From Camelus ferus (lineage: Eukaryota), in assembly GCF_009834535.1 (NCBI RefSeq), contig NC_045696.1:20028001-20092000 (forward strand): a DNA stretch of 64,000 nucleotides, in the 5' to 3' direction. The translations under genes and the position numbers were made by a program. This document shows, piece by piece, positions 14,010-27,756 of the stretch. The notes below the pieces were generated by a model. It had not been told where the DNA came from, searched no databases, and saw only the letters and a list, made by a program, of their open reading frames with translations. Numbering within the stretch: position 1 is the stretch's first letter; each line of letters opens with the position of its first letter.

Positions 14010-16050
14010 AATAGGAAATATTCATGTTTACTTCAGTAAAGTTGACTCTCTGGATCAGCTGAAGGTAGACTACAGGTCAGCTTTAGGTTAATTGAGCTCT
14101 GCTAAGTTAGACTGGACTTGACTGGAATCAGACTGGTACCATGCATCTTCTAGTTCCAAAACACACTGTGGAGGATTAATCAAATCTGGGATATGTTGGT
14201 CTTAAGGCAAGAGTTTGAAATAAATTACATATATGTGCCCAAAGATTTGGCTTCAACTATTGTATGTCATTATAGTCTCGTTTCATTGGCTAAAACAAAT
14301 CATTTACACATGCATTATGCTGGAGTAGGAAAGTATACTTCACTTTCTGGGAGACAGGATTATATAATACTCTTAAAGGGGCGGTAGCAGATATTCAAAC
14401 ACCAATTGCTCCAATCCATGCTCTTGATGGCATATAATTGGCTTTCCTCCAGCATGGAAAATGCACTCAATACTTCCTCTAGGAATAAAGCAAATCCCTT
14501 TAATCAAGGCATAGAATGCAGAGTCCTACATCTCATGATCTCAGTCAGGTCCAGATGCAGTTCCTTTTGATCTAGAAACATATGGACAAATAACACAAGC
14601 ATATCCCCCATCCACACACAATATTTTATGGTGAAACAGGGATCCTCTACCATTCAGACAGAGAAAAAAGAAGAGACACTCAGAGTCATTGTTGCATGGC
14701 AATTAATTCCTGTGTCACAATAGTAGAAGTCTGTCATCACAGTATTTAGGGAATATTCCCTGATTAAACTCCAATTTAACTCACTCCTGTGTAGGTTACT
14801 GATCGCCAGTCCTTGATTCTCATAACTTAGGCTCCACCTCATGGGAGGTGCTTCTTTTTTCATCACCCTCTTCCATCACATTGGAAAGTCACAAGGGAGG
14901 ATATGAACATCATGAAAGTGGAGTAACTTCCTGTTTCGGTCGTTAGGATTGTTTTGTATTTTAGTCTCTTACCAAGCTAGTGGTACATCTGAAAATAAAA
15001 TTTTCAAAACTTATTGGCACTTAGCTATTTGCTTTCAGTTAGCTCCTTATGCCAGTAGTTACATCTACATTTTTTTTTTTTTGAGACTTATCTCTCGTCT
15101 AGGCTTCTTGATATGTAGTTTAATCTTATCAGGCTTTTTTGGGACCACAGAGTTGATCATAAGTCACTGAGAATAGCTTGATAATCACATCTCCTAACCT
15201 GCCTTCATTTGGTGTTTTCCTCAAGGCTTTGTCTTCACTGGCTTTGGTGGCTCATGCCTTTTCTCAAATTTATGTTTTATTGATTGTGGTTGAGTGCATC
15301 TTTCAAACTTGTAGGTCCTGAATGTTGTGAATTCTTTTTTCATCTGTTTCATCTCTGATTGCCCATAGCCTAACTTTTTGCTGAATTCATCTCTTTCCTG
15401 TGGAAATACAAAATACAGCTAATAACCAAGTAAGGGGCACAAATTCACTAGGTACATTAACTAATTTTAGAATAAGTAATAGATTTACCAAGTACTTTAG
15501 CTAAAACAACATTGGATTGTCTTGTATCTAAACCTTATTAATGGTGTCCGGGTTGCCTGACACTTGTCCCAAAGTCAGTAGCACGCTATTTTAGTTTTAT
15601 ATACACTATAGTAGTACTTTTACTCTAGTATAAATTTTGGTATAATTCCTGCAATGACAACAGTGTCAAAATATCAGGCACTTGACAACAACTATTATGT
15701 CTTGCTCATGTTGTGTGAGGACAACAAGTTGGCAGCTGTGCTGCTCTGCTCCCCGTGTCTCCTCTGTCTGGGGCTGAATGAAGCAACCCTTCTCTGGGAC
15801 ATGGTATTCTTTCCTGAGGCAAATAATACTGAAATAAGAGAGAGACTGAACCAAGCCATGCAATCATATCGAAGTTTCGTTTTTACGTGATAAATATCAC
15901 ATTCGCTCACATTCCATTGGTCAAAGCATTCTTCTTGGTCAAGTTCAAAGTGAGGTAAGAGCATAATTTCTAGCAACAGAACTCCTGGGTGACTCCTGAT
16001 GATGGGTGGGGACCTATAAAGCAGTTCTGAGGGAGAACAAACAGTTGGAC
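14010..16050 (-). mobile_element. Ancient MaLR element, LTR-internal-LTR (MLT1J/K-like)
   Basis: Two MLT1-like LTR segments (about 14010-14400 and 15620-16050) share the motif cattggc/tcaaa. They flank MLT1-int-like sequence (tcaggtccagatgcagttcc...cccatccacacacaata). Confidence 0.5.
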
Positions 16051-19000
16051 AGCAAGCTATTGTATTACTGCTCCCTTTAGTGATATCTCTTTGTACTCCT
16101 TGAACTTTTATAATCTTTTTTAATATAAACTTTTGTTTCCAGTTAGTTAATGTTGACTTCCCAAATAGATTAGAATCAATCTGATGCTAATTCTTTATCT
16201 TCCACAGCATTTAATATATCTCTGAGGACCAAATACTTAATGATTGATCGTGAGGCCATGTCAGCGCATCCATATTTGTGGATGAGTTTAATTCCCCGAC
16301 AAGATCTCTACTTATATGTGGGGCAGACAACTGTTTCTCAAATATTTTGAGTCCTTGTGTCCTAGAACCACTTATATAATTATCAGTTAATGAGGACAGA
16401 GGTGAAGTAAAAGCTAATTCACCCTTTTAATAAGCCCTATATGTATATTTTTAAAAGAAAAAAATTATGACTAAAATACACTACTTTATCAGGGAATGTA
16501 AGCTATATTCACTAAATTGTTTGAAAATGTAAACAGCAAGGAAAATTATCTGTGAGAAGTCAGGGAAAGAAAACATAAAATATTTTCTATATGCCAAAAA
16601 GTTTTACTCTCAGTGTCAACTGCATGCATTCTTATTACAAGAGAATATTAGTTTGGAATTGTAGAGAAGCTTTGAGCAGGAGAAAAATCTATTAGAGATA
16701 TTATGAATCATAGAAGATTCTCTGAGCAGTTCTAATGTGGTTGGGAATCTTCTAGAACTCCTGAGTTTCAGAGTTCGAGTTGTGCAGATTTTTTAATGCC
16801 ATACCATATTTCAACTCCTATGTATGTGAATTTGTCACACATGATTTGTTATTAGTAGTAAACATTTCCTTATTGATTCAAATAAATTATTACTTTTTTA
16901 CATAATTTTGTGCAGGAAATATTTTGGCCATGTATGGATGAAAGAGTACTTGTCTTTCATGGTTTAATTATCTAGAACAGGAGCTATATAACACAAAATA
17001 TAAATGTTAAGAGTTTGTTCAACATAGAACTGAAGTATTACATTATAATATGTAGGACTCATTGTAATAATATCTCACCTAAATTTACCTGCCTGAGGCA
17101 TAAGAGACAGTTTACTTGAGGGGTTTATTCATAAGGTGTATTTTGGAAGACAAGTAAAGTTAGTAGCAAAAAGAGGATAGGCATTCCAAGGAAGAGGAAA
17201 TTTTATAATATAAAGGAAAAGAGCTATAAAATATCATAGTTTATTCTGGGAACTGTAATCAATTTGAATTACTAGAAAATAAAACAAAGTGGGATAGAAA
17301 ATAAGAAGTTTGGAAAGCAAGGGAAGGTGCAGATCATGATGACTTTGGATTACTGTGTTCTAGCATTTAAAATCAACCATGTATGAAGCAGCGGTAAATA
17401 CATACAGCCTTTCCTCCTCCAAGTGTGGGTCTTTGTAGGGATGGTGTATGAGGATGTAGTTTTAGGCCTGGTCCTAATTACTGATAGATTTTTGTTGTTG
17501 TTAAGCCAGTGAGAATATAGATATTTGTGAAATCTTTGTTAAAGACTTTGAGTATTTAAGAATTTGAGGAATTTTAAGTTAGTAACGTATGTTTGACATA
17601 TTTACATGATCCATGGTTAATCAGAGCCAAAGGACCAAAATCGGACCACAGTTGTTTATAAAATTTTCCAGCTAGTTCTTGAATTCATAAGCTTGTCCCC
17701 AAAGCCTTAAGGATATGTCATCAGTTTTGAGGCAAAAATTTTCTCTTAGTTTAATCAGATGTACTTGAATCTGAAGCAGACATATAGGGGAGAAACGTTA
17801 TAATCCATGTGTATCCTAAGGAGCTTTTCTCATCTAAATCAGCGAATCACTTCTGAAATTGTGTTGTTATTACCAACAAATAGCTCAGCAATGCTTGAAA
17901 TCATGATTTCACTGAGCTGAAGACATTTTCAGCTGAATTTACCTACAGCACAGCCAAGTCCAAGGTTGGCGACAGCCAATCTCTTAAACAAGCTCAGCCA
18001 AGTAGTTTTGCCTCTGCAGGTGCAAGTTCATTGGGTTCATAGCTCTTGTCCCAGAATAAAGAAATTGTGACCATGTCGACCACAGCTGAAGAGGGTAATT
18101 TATTAACTTACAGATTAATCTGAAATACCATCTCAGTAATACCTATATTAAAATAAATAAGATCTCCATAATCATCTTTGAATTTTCCCCAGAATGATTT
18201 TTAAGAGCAGTGGATGTCAAAATGTCTCCTGCCTTTTAAATTTCTTCACCTCATCTAGTAGTGAATCTGATTTACAAACATACAGCAAAGACTTCTATAA
18301 TAGAGAATATACTGGAAGCTGGTACACAGACCCTTTTGACTATCTGAGCTGTTTATGAATAAAGGCTCCCAATTTTATATTATTTACTTAAAGATGGTTG
18401 AGACCCACCTCAGTAGATAAACTAGTTCATCAGGCAGACCACATCTCTTCAAAAGAGGAAACAGGTAGAACATAGTGATAACGCAGTTGAAATTTCTTTG
18501 AGGAATGCCTGTTGGATAACCTCATCTTGGCCTTGGAAGTCCAAAAGAGGCTACCCTGTGATCCTTTGTTGCACTCCAAAAATCTCACTGTGGGTTGATT
18601 TTTAGAGGTAAATAGAAAGAAACTTGAAAATAAGTTCTCTATAAAGCCAGGATGATTGTTATTCAGTGTTTCGTTCTTTTACTATTAGTTTTAGAAATTC
18701 TTCCTTGAGTTTCATTTCAGCATATTAATAAAACATATCCCGTTTTATATTATTTATAGGGGAACTTTTAAGCTTTTAATTTTAAGGTAACACGCGACTT
18801 CTTTTCCAAGGCTGTCACAAAATTTTTTTTGTAAGTTGCTTAATTCAAAACCTTTTATTTCTAAAGTAGATATTTTAATTGGTCGTATGAAATATACAAT
18901 AGATATGTTTATCGTATAAGCATCTATTAATTCAAATTTAGAGAAAGTACTCGGGTTGATCTAATCAGGAGGGAGTTCATTAAAAGTAAAGATGGAGAAA

Positions 19001-20238
19001 GTGATGCTTTTAAATTACCGGAAACTAAAAAACAGGTATGTGATAGATTAAATGATATAAAAATTTTATTTCCTCCAGTTACCATTTACTGGGTCAGAAA
19101 CCAATTGTATCACTATCTACTTTAATAGCTTCTCATTCTAATACCTTAGTTAAATAGATCTATTTTTTAAAATAATTACCTACTCAACAATTCAGCTAGA
19201 TAAAGCACAGAGGCAAAAACCTCATCAATATAACAAATCTTTAGCCATAGAATCAGATCCACAATTCCAGCAATTTCTCTTGTCCGACATCTAACTATGC
19301 ACATACCCATTACTTATTTCACATAAGTGAATGTCAAGCTAATTAGGACTTTTATTAGGTTCTTCATCCATATAGAAAAGAAAATAAACTCTAGTCAGAT
19401 TTCTGAGTAAACTGAAAGGCTACCCTACATGGAACACTAAATGCATTCCAAGATTTTATTACCTGAATATATAGCTGCTGTAGTGCAAATCCTTTAAACA
19501 ATTGTCAGCTCTGTCCTACAACTCCAACCACTCTTTGGACTCCTTCAACACTCATCATGGTGAAAATAACACAGATTAGATAGAGCCAGTGACTTCTCTG
19601 TGCTCCCAGCAAGTCTCATTTTTCCCTCTCTCTCCACGATGTCACCACTACAATAAGCCTTGGAGAGCATGGACACAAATTTCTTTTCACCCTTTGTCTT
19701 TGTACATCAGGAATGATAAGGCACTCAGCAAGGCTCGGTCATGCCTCATCTCCTGGAAACATGTCACAATATGGATCTACACATTGTTTAATCTCACCGC
19801 ATCTGCCATCTTCCGACATCCCTTCATCCTCTAAATCACATAATCCATTATCAGTTTTAAAACAAAAAAGTTAACCCCAAACTCTCCTCTCATCTTTTTC
19901 TTTACCTTTTTGCTTCAAAAGATACCTGACTTTCTCCAGAAATCACTATTTCTACCTGCAGCTCTCAGAAAACCAAACCTGAAGGTGAACACTGATCTGT
20001 CTTGCACCTCATTTCCTCAGGCTGAGCCCACTCCCTCATTTCTGTTTTAAAACAGGTCTCATCTGATTTTATTACTCAGTTCTCCATCCCCTTTTCCACT
20101 TATTTATCAATTCTGTGACCAGCTACCCTTCATTGCTTTAAGATTTTACCTCTTCACTCACTGAAACTCACTCCAACACTGATCCTATCACACGTTTTCT
20201 TGGTAACAGTGTATGTACAGACGATTCTTCCACTTGCA

Positions 20239-20563
20239 TGTGGCGAGCATCAGTGCTTTTACCAAATATTCTGATTGTCTCCTATTCAGGTAGGGTTGCA
20301 CTTTCTAGTCCCCTTGGTGTTGGGTGGAGCCATTTGCCTAGCTCTCAAAAATGAGTTCTGAGTAGAAGAGATTTAAGTGTCCCTTGAGGGCTGGAATTTT
20401 TTATCACATGGAGACTCTCCAGAGCCTGAATACGACTAGCAATCGTCCTCTGCTGCTGACCGTGATGGAGCAGGAACAAAACATGCACTTGGATTGTTTT
20501 AAGCTGCTCGGTATTATTTATTTTAATTTCTGCAGGATAAGCTCGGTTCTCTTAACTGATATG
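20239..20563 (+). mobile_element. MaLR LTR (MLT1H/I-like) inside L2-like sequence
   Basis: tgtggcgagc start, ttgcactttctagtcccttgg...ttgttttaagctgct...aactgata end. Confidence 0.6.
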
Positions 20564-21044
20564 ACTGGTCTCTGGTCTCTCCAGTCCCTGCGCCCTAATA
20601 GCAAAAGGAGTCCCTTGGTTAAATTCTATTATCTGTTATAACTAAAAGCATACAGGTGAATGTGACTGAAAAAGAATAAACCGCCTTGCTAAGTGATCTA
20701 ATTTGTAATTCAGGACTGCTAACAACATGTGACCCTTTAATGCTGCTCTGCAATCCAGCCATATTTTCTTAGTCCATTTAACCTCCTAGTCACGAGCAAC
20801 TATTATATACCTTTTCCACCATCTTCAAGCATCTATCATATTTTATAAGTAACAACAGTACTAGAAAAAGTAATGTTAATCCATTGAAGATAGATATTAA
20901 CCATAGTCTGAAATCATTGTTTCTATAATGACTTGGCAAATATGTTTGGGATATAGAAATCTGGAAGTTAAAATACATACTTCTTAGTCTCTTATTTTCC
21001 AATTTGATGTCTGCATTGTATTTTTTTTTTCAAATTTAAGATGA

Positions 21045-21280
21045 TTATTATTCATTGAGTGCCTGCTGAGTGCCAGGCAACGTGTTACATTCTTTGCAAG
21101 TAGTATCTCATTTAATTTTCAAAATAATGCTATTGTGGATTACTATTATTCTCTTTTTCAGGCAAGAATATGAAGGCAAATATATTAAATACCTTATGTC
21201 AAATTAGCCAGTCAGTAGTAGAAGTGGGACTTGGCAAGGGGTTAATTGCGGATTTCAGAGACCATCGGTCTAACCACTAC
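21045..21280 (-). mobile_element. MIR SINE
   Basis: attcattgagtgcctgctgagtgccaggca...atctcatttaatttt...ctattattctc...taaccactacac. Confidence 0.65.
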
Positions 21281-24200
21281 ACACCTTACCTCTGTCAAAA
21301 TATTGGAAAGAGTTTGAACAGTTTGGTTAAGAAGCAGGAGGAACAAAGAAGGTTATATTGTTTCCCGAGGTTCCAAAACTAAGAGCTATTATGCTGATTT
21401 CCACCCAGGAAAAAATATTTTCAGACTTGAGGTCATTTGATAGTGTTTTTCCAGATGCTGGGGCTTCAAAGGAAAAAGGATATGTTGCACTTGATTTTTC
21501 CTGGTCATTAATCAATTATTATGAGAACTCCAATGACATTTTGAATAATGATACACCTATTTGGGGAGTTAGATACACCTTGTTTTTCTCCAACTTTGCT
21601 ACTTATTATTATTTGACTTCAATTTATCTTGATTTCTTTTATTACAAAATATAAAATAGTCATTCTAAACAACATCACTGAGTTACAGTAAGAATTAGGG
21701 AGATGACACACATGTGAAGAGCTACATAATATGCTGCCCTTTCTAAACCTTATTTGAACTTGGGACGTGCTGGTTAGGCTGGCCAATGTGATTAGACTGC
21801 CTCCTAAGAACGACCAAATGAATTTCTGGGCAAATTATCAAATGCTTAATATTTTTCTGAGCTTGTATCTGACTACTTCCCCAGGTTTACAGTCACACAT
21901 TCCCATGAAATATAGAAGAGAGAGATTCAAACCCACCTGACAGAATGGTGGAGGGAACAGAATGTCAAAATACACAGGTTACAGAAAAAGATAATGAGAT
22001 ACCTTAAAGAAAAAATATGCCTATTAATGAGAAAAGACCCCAGAATGGGGCTCAGACTAGAAGAGGACCTACATGTAGAGTAGAGCAGCCACTTGGGGTC
22101 TGCATGTAAGGCTTTCCATAAACTTGTCAACATTCTCATCTCAGGCCTTGGAAAGGAGACGTCGATATAGAAAGAAGACTGAATCATTGTGGGGTGGTGG
22201 AAGGGGGAGGCAAACAATTCTGCCTTGTAATCTCTTCTTACATGAGTCAGGCATACAAAAGGAGTCTATGCTCCTATTTTCTTAAGATAGAGGTAAAACT
22301 AGAGAAGCAGGCAAGAGATGGCGATGAAGTCAGAATGGTGACTGCAGAGGAAATAGCTTCCCCAAGGTTGTCAGAGGTCAAGTGACACTGCTCAAGGAAA
22401 GCACTGTTCACACGGCACACCGCTCGCTGCAGATGGATTGAGGTGGAATACAGTGATGCAGACAAAAGGCGATGGCATGTTCAGGGAAGGCTAGGTCAGA
22501 GACCTACATGCCAACAGGCAGTGATTTAGATCTTTGTGAGACACTTCTACTTTGGGGATTCCTAGAGTCACAAGCAGAATAATGCCCTAAGGCTTTTATT
22601 TTTGATGAGTGATGTCTTGTGATCCAGGAAACTGAGGACAAACTGCTAAAATGCCTTTTCTATGTTTCTTAAGCTAATAGATGCAGGGACACATTTGCTT
22701 TTACCAAGTGAAATATCTGGTAGATATTGTTATCATCAAATATTGGGTTTCTCCCCTGACAGTTCTATAACTCATTCTGTAAAAGTGGGAAAATGACTTG
22801 AGTGTACCAATTTTTATGAAGACAGGAGTTTTTATTTGGTATAGAGTCATGTTTTTAGGTGAGAGGCAGAAATGAATTTTGGCTATTTAATATAACCTCT
22901 ACTGTTTTTCCCCACTTAAAGCCAGAGTTCTGTTCAACTAACCAAACTAATTAAATTTCCAGGATATTTTTGTAAAGCTCTGTTTGCTTACAGTTAGTCC
23001 AAATGTGCTAAAATTGCCAACTTTCTACCTTCTTTTGTTGCAAGTAAACTTGTCCTAGAAAGTGAATTTAGGGATTATTATACTTTTTCCATCACAAGCT
23101 GTTTGTGTAAACCCTTCTACATTGTCAGAATAAAGTCTTTATTGAGGGAAAGTGAAATAGAAAAGGACTGAAAAAAATAAAGTTGATGGATTAGCTCAGT
23201 ATTTCCCAGCAGATTTTTTTTTATTCTCTTACGTTTGGTAGTTTCTTATCTCAGTGGACTATACCTCTAGTTTTTATCAATTACCTGAGGGGCACTTCTC
23301 TGCAAATACTTTCAATTCTATAGACTCTTCTAGCAGACCTCCCTTTTACCTTTGGCTCTTTATCTCTCAGGTTCTATCAGGTGCTTTCAAGAGAACTATT
23401 CTGCAGCCAGCTCTCAGAACCTGAGCACTAGACTGTTTCAGATCTCTTTTCTGTGAAATAGCTAAGGATCCCAAGACACCTATTTGAAAAGCAAGCCACT
23501 ATTTTGTAAAGGTGGAAAGCTGTCTTTGATTCACTCATGATAGGAAATTTTTCTATCAATTTTATTTTTATTAATTTGTATTCTTTTGCAAAATTCCTAT
23601 ATGGTAATATATAGATACAGATAGCTAAATGTAGAGAAAAAGAGAGAGAGAGAGTCAGATTATCTATTCATTGCTGATGACAAAATTTTTAAATATAATA
23701 TTCTCTACTATTAAATATGAGTAGCATTTGAACAAGCAGAGTTTCTCAAATTGGTGTCTTCAGTGGTTCAAGAACTTCATGGATAGAATATTTTAAAAAT
23801 CTGTGAACTCAGATAGAAAAAAAATCACATACTTGCTTTCATCAGTCCCCTACTAAAATTTAGCCTGTTTTTTTCTTTCAATTAGAAGTGTGGATAATAA
23901 ATCAGCAGCATTTGCATTATTTTGTTACCCATAGAAATCATACATGTTTTTCTTTTCTTAGCCTATTAGAGATAATGTGTATGTGTTTAACTTCATATTC
24001 ATTGCTACTTTGTATTATTAGATCCCTTCCTGCTAAAACATATTAATGTATTTAATTATAAGGGACTCATATTAGTATACCATACCTTTTTAAAATTATT
24101 TCATAACTTTATTTTAACATTTATATTTCTTTTTACTCTTAATATTTTACTTTAAGGATTTTAAAATTCCTGAGAAGAAACCAAAGATGTCATACAAATG

Positions 24201-24544
24201 CCAAAGGAATCCTTAAATAAGTAAATGAATGAATGAATGAATGAATGAATAAATAAATAAATGTAAACACCCAGTGCAAAACTTTAGAAGTTTAAGAAAT
24301 CTTAGATTCTTAATATTCTTTTTAGAAGTACAATGATAATAAAAATTCTTCTCGTGGTGAAGACATTTCACTTGTTATTGTTCATTTAATAAATACTCAT
24401 TAGGCATCTGCCATATGGCTAGTATTGTTCTAGTGGCTAGAAACAAAATGTGGTGAACAAAATAGACAGAGACTTTTGTTGATTTTGCAGTCATGAATTT
24501 ATTTTTTAGTATGAGACAAAAACAGGTAAATTTTAAAAACACTA

Positions 24545-24900
24545 TAATAAAATTGAAGGACTTACACTAATTGATTCTAACACTTAAAAAGCTGTAATAA
24601 CTAAGACACGTGAAATTACCAAAACAATTGAAACTTACATAAAAGGAATAGGAATAGAGATTCAAGAAATAGATCCATCCATGCATATATATACTCAACA
24701 GTCTTGCAGAAGCAATTCAAAAGGAGAAACAGTGTTTTTCAACAGAGGATGCTAGGACAATTTGACAGCCATCTGCGAATCATAAATATATATATATATA
24801 TATAAAACTATTAATTCAAAGTGGATCATAGACTTAAATTTAAATGCTGACATTGTAAAATTTTTAGAAGAAACCATAGGATGAAATCTTTGTGCACTTG
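24545..24900 (+). mobile_element. Old L1 ORF2 fragment (inverted relative to the adjacent L1)
   Basis: ttgaaggacttacacta...aattcaaagtggatcatagacttaaa...ttagaagaaaccatagga, a degenerate GGLTLPDF...NSKWIIDLN...LEENIG segment. Confidence 0.7.
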
Positions 24901-27044
24901 CATGTATAGGGATATCTCACTGTCATTTTAGTTTGCAATTTCTATGGCTAATGGTGTTGAACTTCTATTCCTGAACTTATTCACCATTCATGTACCTTTT
25001 TTCATCAATTGTGTGTTAAAGTCTTTTGTCCATTTTAAACTGGATCATTTTGTGTCTTATTATAGAGTTTTGAGAATATTTTATATATTTTGGAAACAAG
25101 TTTGGATATAAGCCTATGATGAGATATGTGTTTTATAAATATTTCCCCTCAAGTCAGTGTTCTGTCATTTTATTTTCTTAACAGTCTTTGGAAAAAATAA
25201 TTATTAATATTTATTCTTTTCAAAATTGTTTTGCTTGTTCTAGTTTCTTTCCTTTTCTAGATAAACTTTAGAATCACTTTGTTGATTTCTAAAAACAACA
25301 TATAAATGAAAAACAATTTTGTGATTTTGATTGGATTTGGATTTAATCTACAGAACTGCTATCTTAACAATATTGAATCTCCCAATCCACAACCAGCTTT
25401 TATTTAGATATTCTTTGATTTCTCTCCTCTGTATTTTGTTCTGTAAAGTTTTGAAATAAAAGTGGTAAGAGTGGACATCTTTGCATTCTCCTGATCTTTG
25501 TAAGGAAGGATTTAGTCTTTCTCTGTTAGGTATAATGATAGCTGTATGTTTATGGTATAATCTTTTGGTTTTTTTATTAGGATAATTCTGGTCTTATGAA
25601 ATAAGTTTAATAGTGTTCCTTTGCTTCTATTTTCTGGAAGAGTTTCATGAAATTTATATTATTTCTCCTTAAAATTTGGTGGAATGTGCAAGTAATACCA
25701 TCTGAGTCTGGAGTTATCTTCATTAGAAATAATTATTTCAATTTTTAAAATAGATTCAGGACTACTCAGTTATATCTATTTCTTCTTGAATGAGTTCCTT
25801 GAGTAATTTGTATCTTTAAATTAATTTCCACTCCATCTCAGTTGTCAAATTTAAGGCCATACAATTATCCTAATAATCTGTTGTTACCTGATATTGGTAA
25901 TTTGTGTAGTTTCTCTTCTTTCTTCATCAGTTGGTCTAGTGAACTATCAATTTTATTGATCTTTTCAAATAACCAGCTTTTGGTTTCATTTTCTTTATTA
26001 TTTTTATGTACCCAATTTCATTAATTCCTTTCTTCTTTATTATTTTAGTATTTCCACTTGATTTGGATTTAATTTTCCTCTCATTTTTTCAAGTTTCTTA
26101 AGGTGGAGATAAAAACCCTTTATTTGAGACCTTACTTTATAAACGTTAATGCAATAAATGTCTTTCTAAGCAGTAATTTATCATTGTCCCACAAATTCGA
26201 GATGCTGTTCTCATTTTCATTGAAACAAAATACTTTTTTATGTCTTTCTTAACTTCATTTCAGACCCATGTCATTTAAGCAGCAAACTGCTCAATTTCTA
26301 AATTTTTCAAAATTTTCCAGATCCTTCCATTTTTGATCTCAACTTTAATTTTGTTACTATTAGAGTACTACTTGTGATTTTAATTATTTTGAAAATTTGA
26401 GGCTTTTAAAAAACTTTTTGGCCAAGAATCCATCTATCTTGTTGAAAGTGATACATGAATCTGAAAAAAAAAATACATATTCTGATGTTGTTGGTGAATG
26501 TTTTATAAATGTTAATTATGCCAAATTGGGTCTTCTATATTCTAACTGATGTTCTGTCTACCTGTTCTATTCCTGAAGAAGTGTTCCAGTAGACTATGTA
26601 CATTTTTCCATTTCTAATTTCAATGCTGACAGTTCGTGTATTTTAAAGCTCTCTTGTCAGCTACAGCACACGTTAAAGATTGTTGTGTCTCACCGACCAA
26701 TTAACTTCTTTATCTTTACATGGCACCTCTATTCATTGCTAGTAACTTTCCTTGTTCAGAGGTTAAATTTGTCAATTATTAATTTTGCCACCACAGCTTT
26801 CTTTTCTTCAATGTTTGCATGGTATGTACTTATTTTTCATCCTTGTACTTTTTCCCTGTATATGTCTTTGTATTTAATGTGGCATTTCTCTCTGATTGGG
26901 TCATCTGTGTCTTTTAAGTGTCAATTTTAGACAATATGCATTTAATATAATGTTTGTTCTATTTAGGTTAAATTGCTCCTTACTGATTTATTTTTCATTG
27001 TTAGATAAATATACTTTACTAACTTCTTTGTATTTGTCATATTC

Positions 27045-27075
<31 letters not shown>

Positions 27076-27381
27076 CTATTGCGGATGAAGTGTGTGATTA
27101 CTGTGAGACATTTTATCTCCACTGTGGCTTTATTATTTGTACCTTATTTTTAAAAAGAAAATGAGAGATTATCTTAGGATTTACAATAGCATCTTTAATA
27201 TGTCATAGTCATTCTTCAAATAACGCAATACCAGTTAACCTTTCATGAACTTACAGCTCTATATTTCTAACTTCAGTTGCCAAATTTCTGTGCTATTATG
27301 GTCATGCATTTTAATTTTACCTATGCTAAAATGCACAGGACATTACTACCATTCTCCTTTGCATCATCAGCCATCCTTGTT

Positions 27382-27605
27382 TAGTGTTTCTCAGTATTGG
27401 CACTGTTAACATTTTGGATGAGGTAAGTTTTTGCAGTTGGGGCTGTCCTGCTTTTTGGTGTGTTTAGTAAGATTTCTGGTCTCTACTCGCTAGGTTGCTG
27501 TCGCATCCCTCCCCACCATCACAGTTATGAAAAATTTTTTAAAAGTCTCCAGAAATTGCCAAATGTGTCCTGGGGTGTAAAATTGCTCTTGGTTGAGAAC
27601 CTCTG
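27382..27605 (+). mobile_element. MER20 hAT-Charlie MITE
   Basis: tagtgtttctcagtattggcactgttaacattttgg...gtctccagaaattgccaaatgtgtcctgggg...ggttgagaacctctg. Confidence 0.85.
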
Positions 27606-27726
27606 CTTTAGAGTAATTTAATATATAAAAAAAAAAACAAGTATTTGCATAATTACTTTTATTATAACAGTTTTCAGACCCCTTCATATTTTGTGTGTAG
27701 ATACACTTTTTATCTGGTGTCGTATT

Positions 27727-27756
27727 CTTCTCTCTCTCTCTCTCTCTCTCTCTCTT
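27727..27756 (+). repeat. (TC)n microsatellite
   Basis: Direct observation. Confidence 0.9.

Noticed and set aside
16711..16754. 10-bp inverted repeat tagaagattc/gaatcttcta
   Set aside because: Short stem with a long spacer; likely chance or a MITE relic.
23738..24215. Possible hAT-Charlie DNA transposon relic
   Set aside because: Begins with a cagagtttctcaaa terminus-like motif, but I could not confirm the other end or the family.
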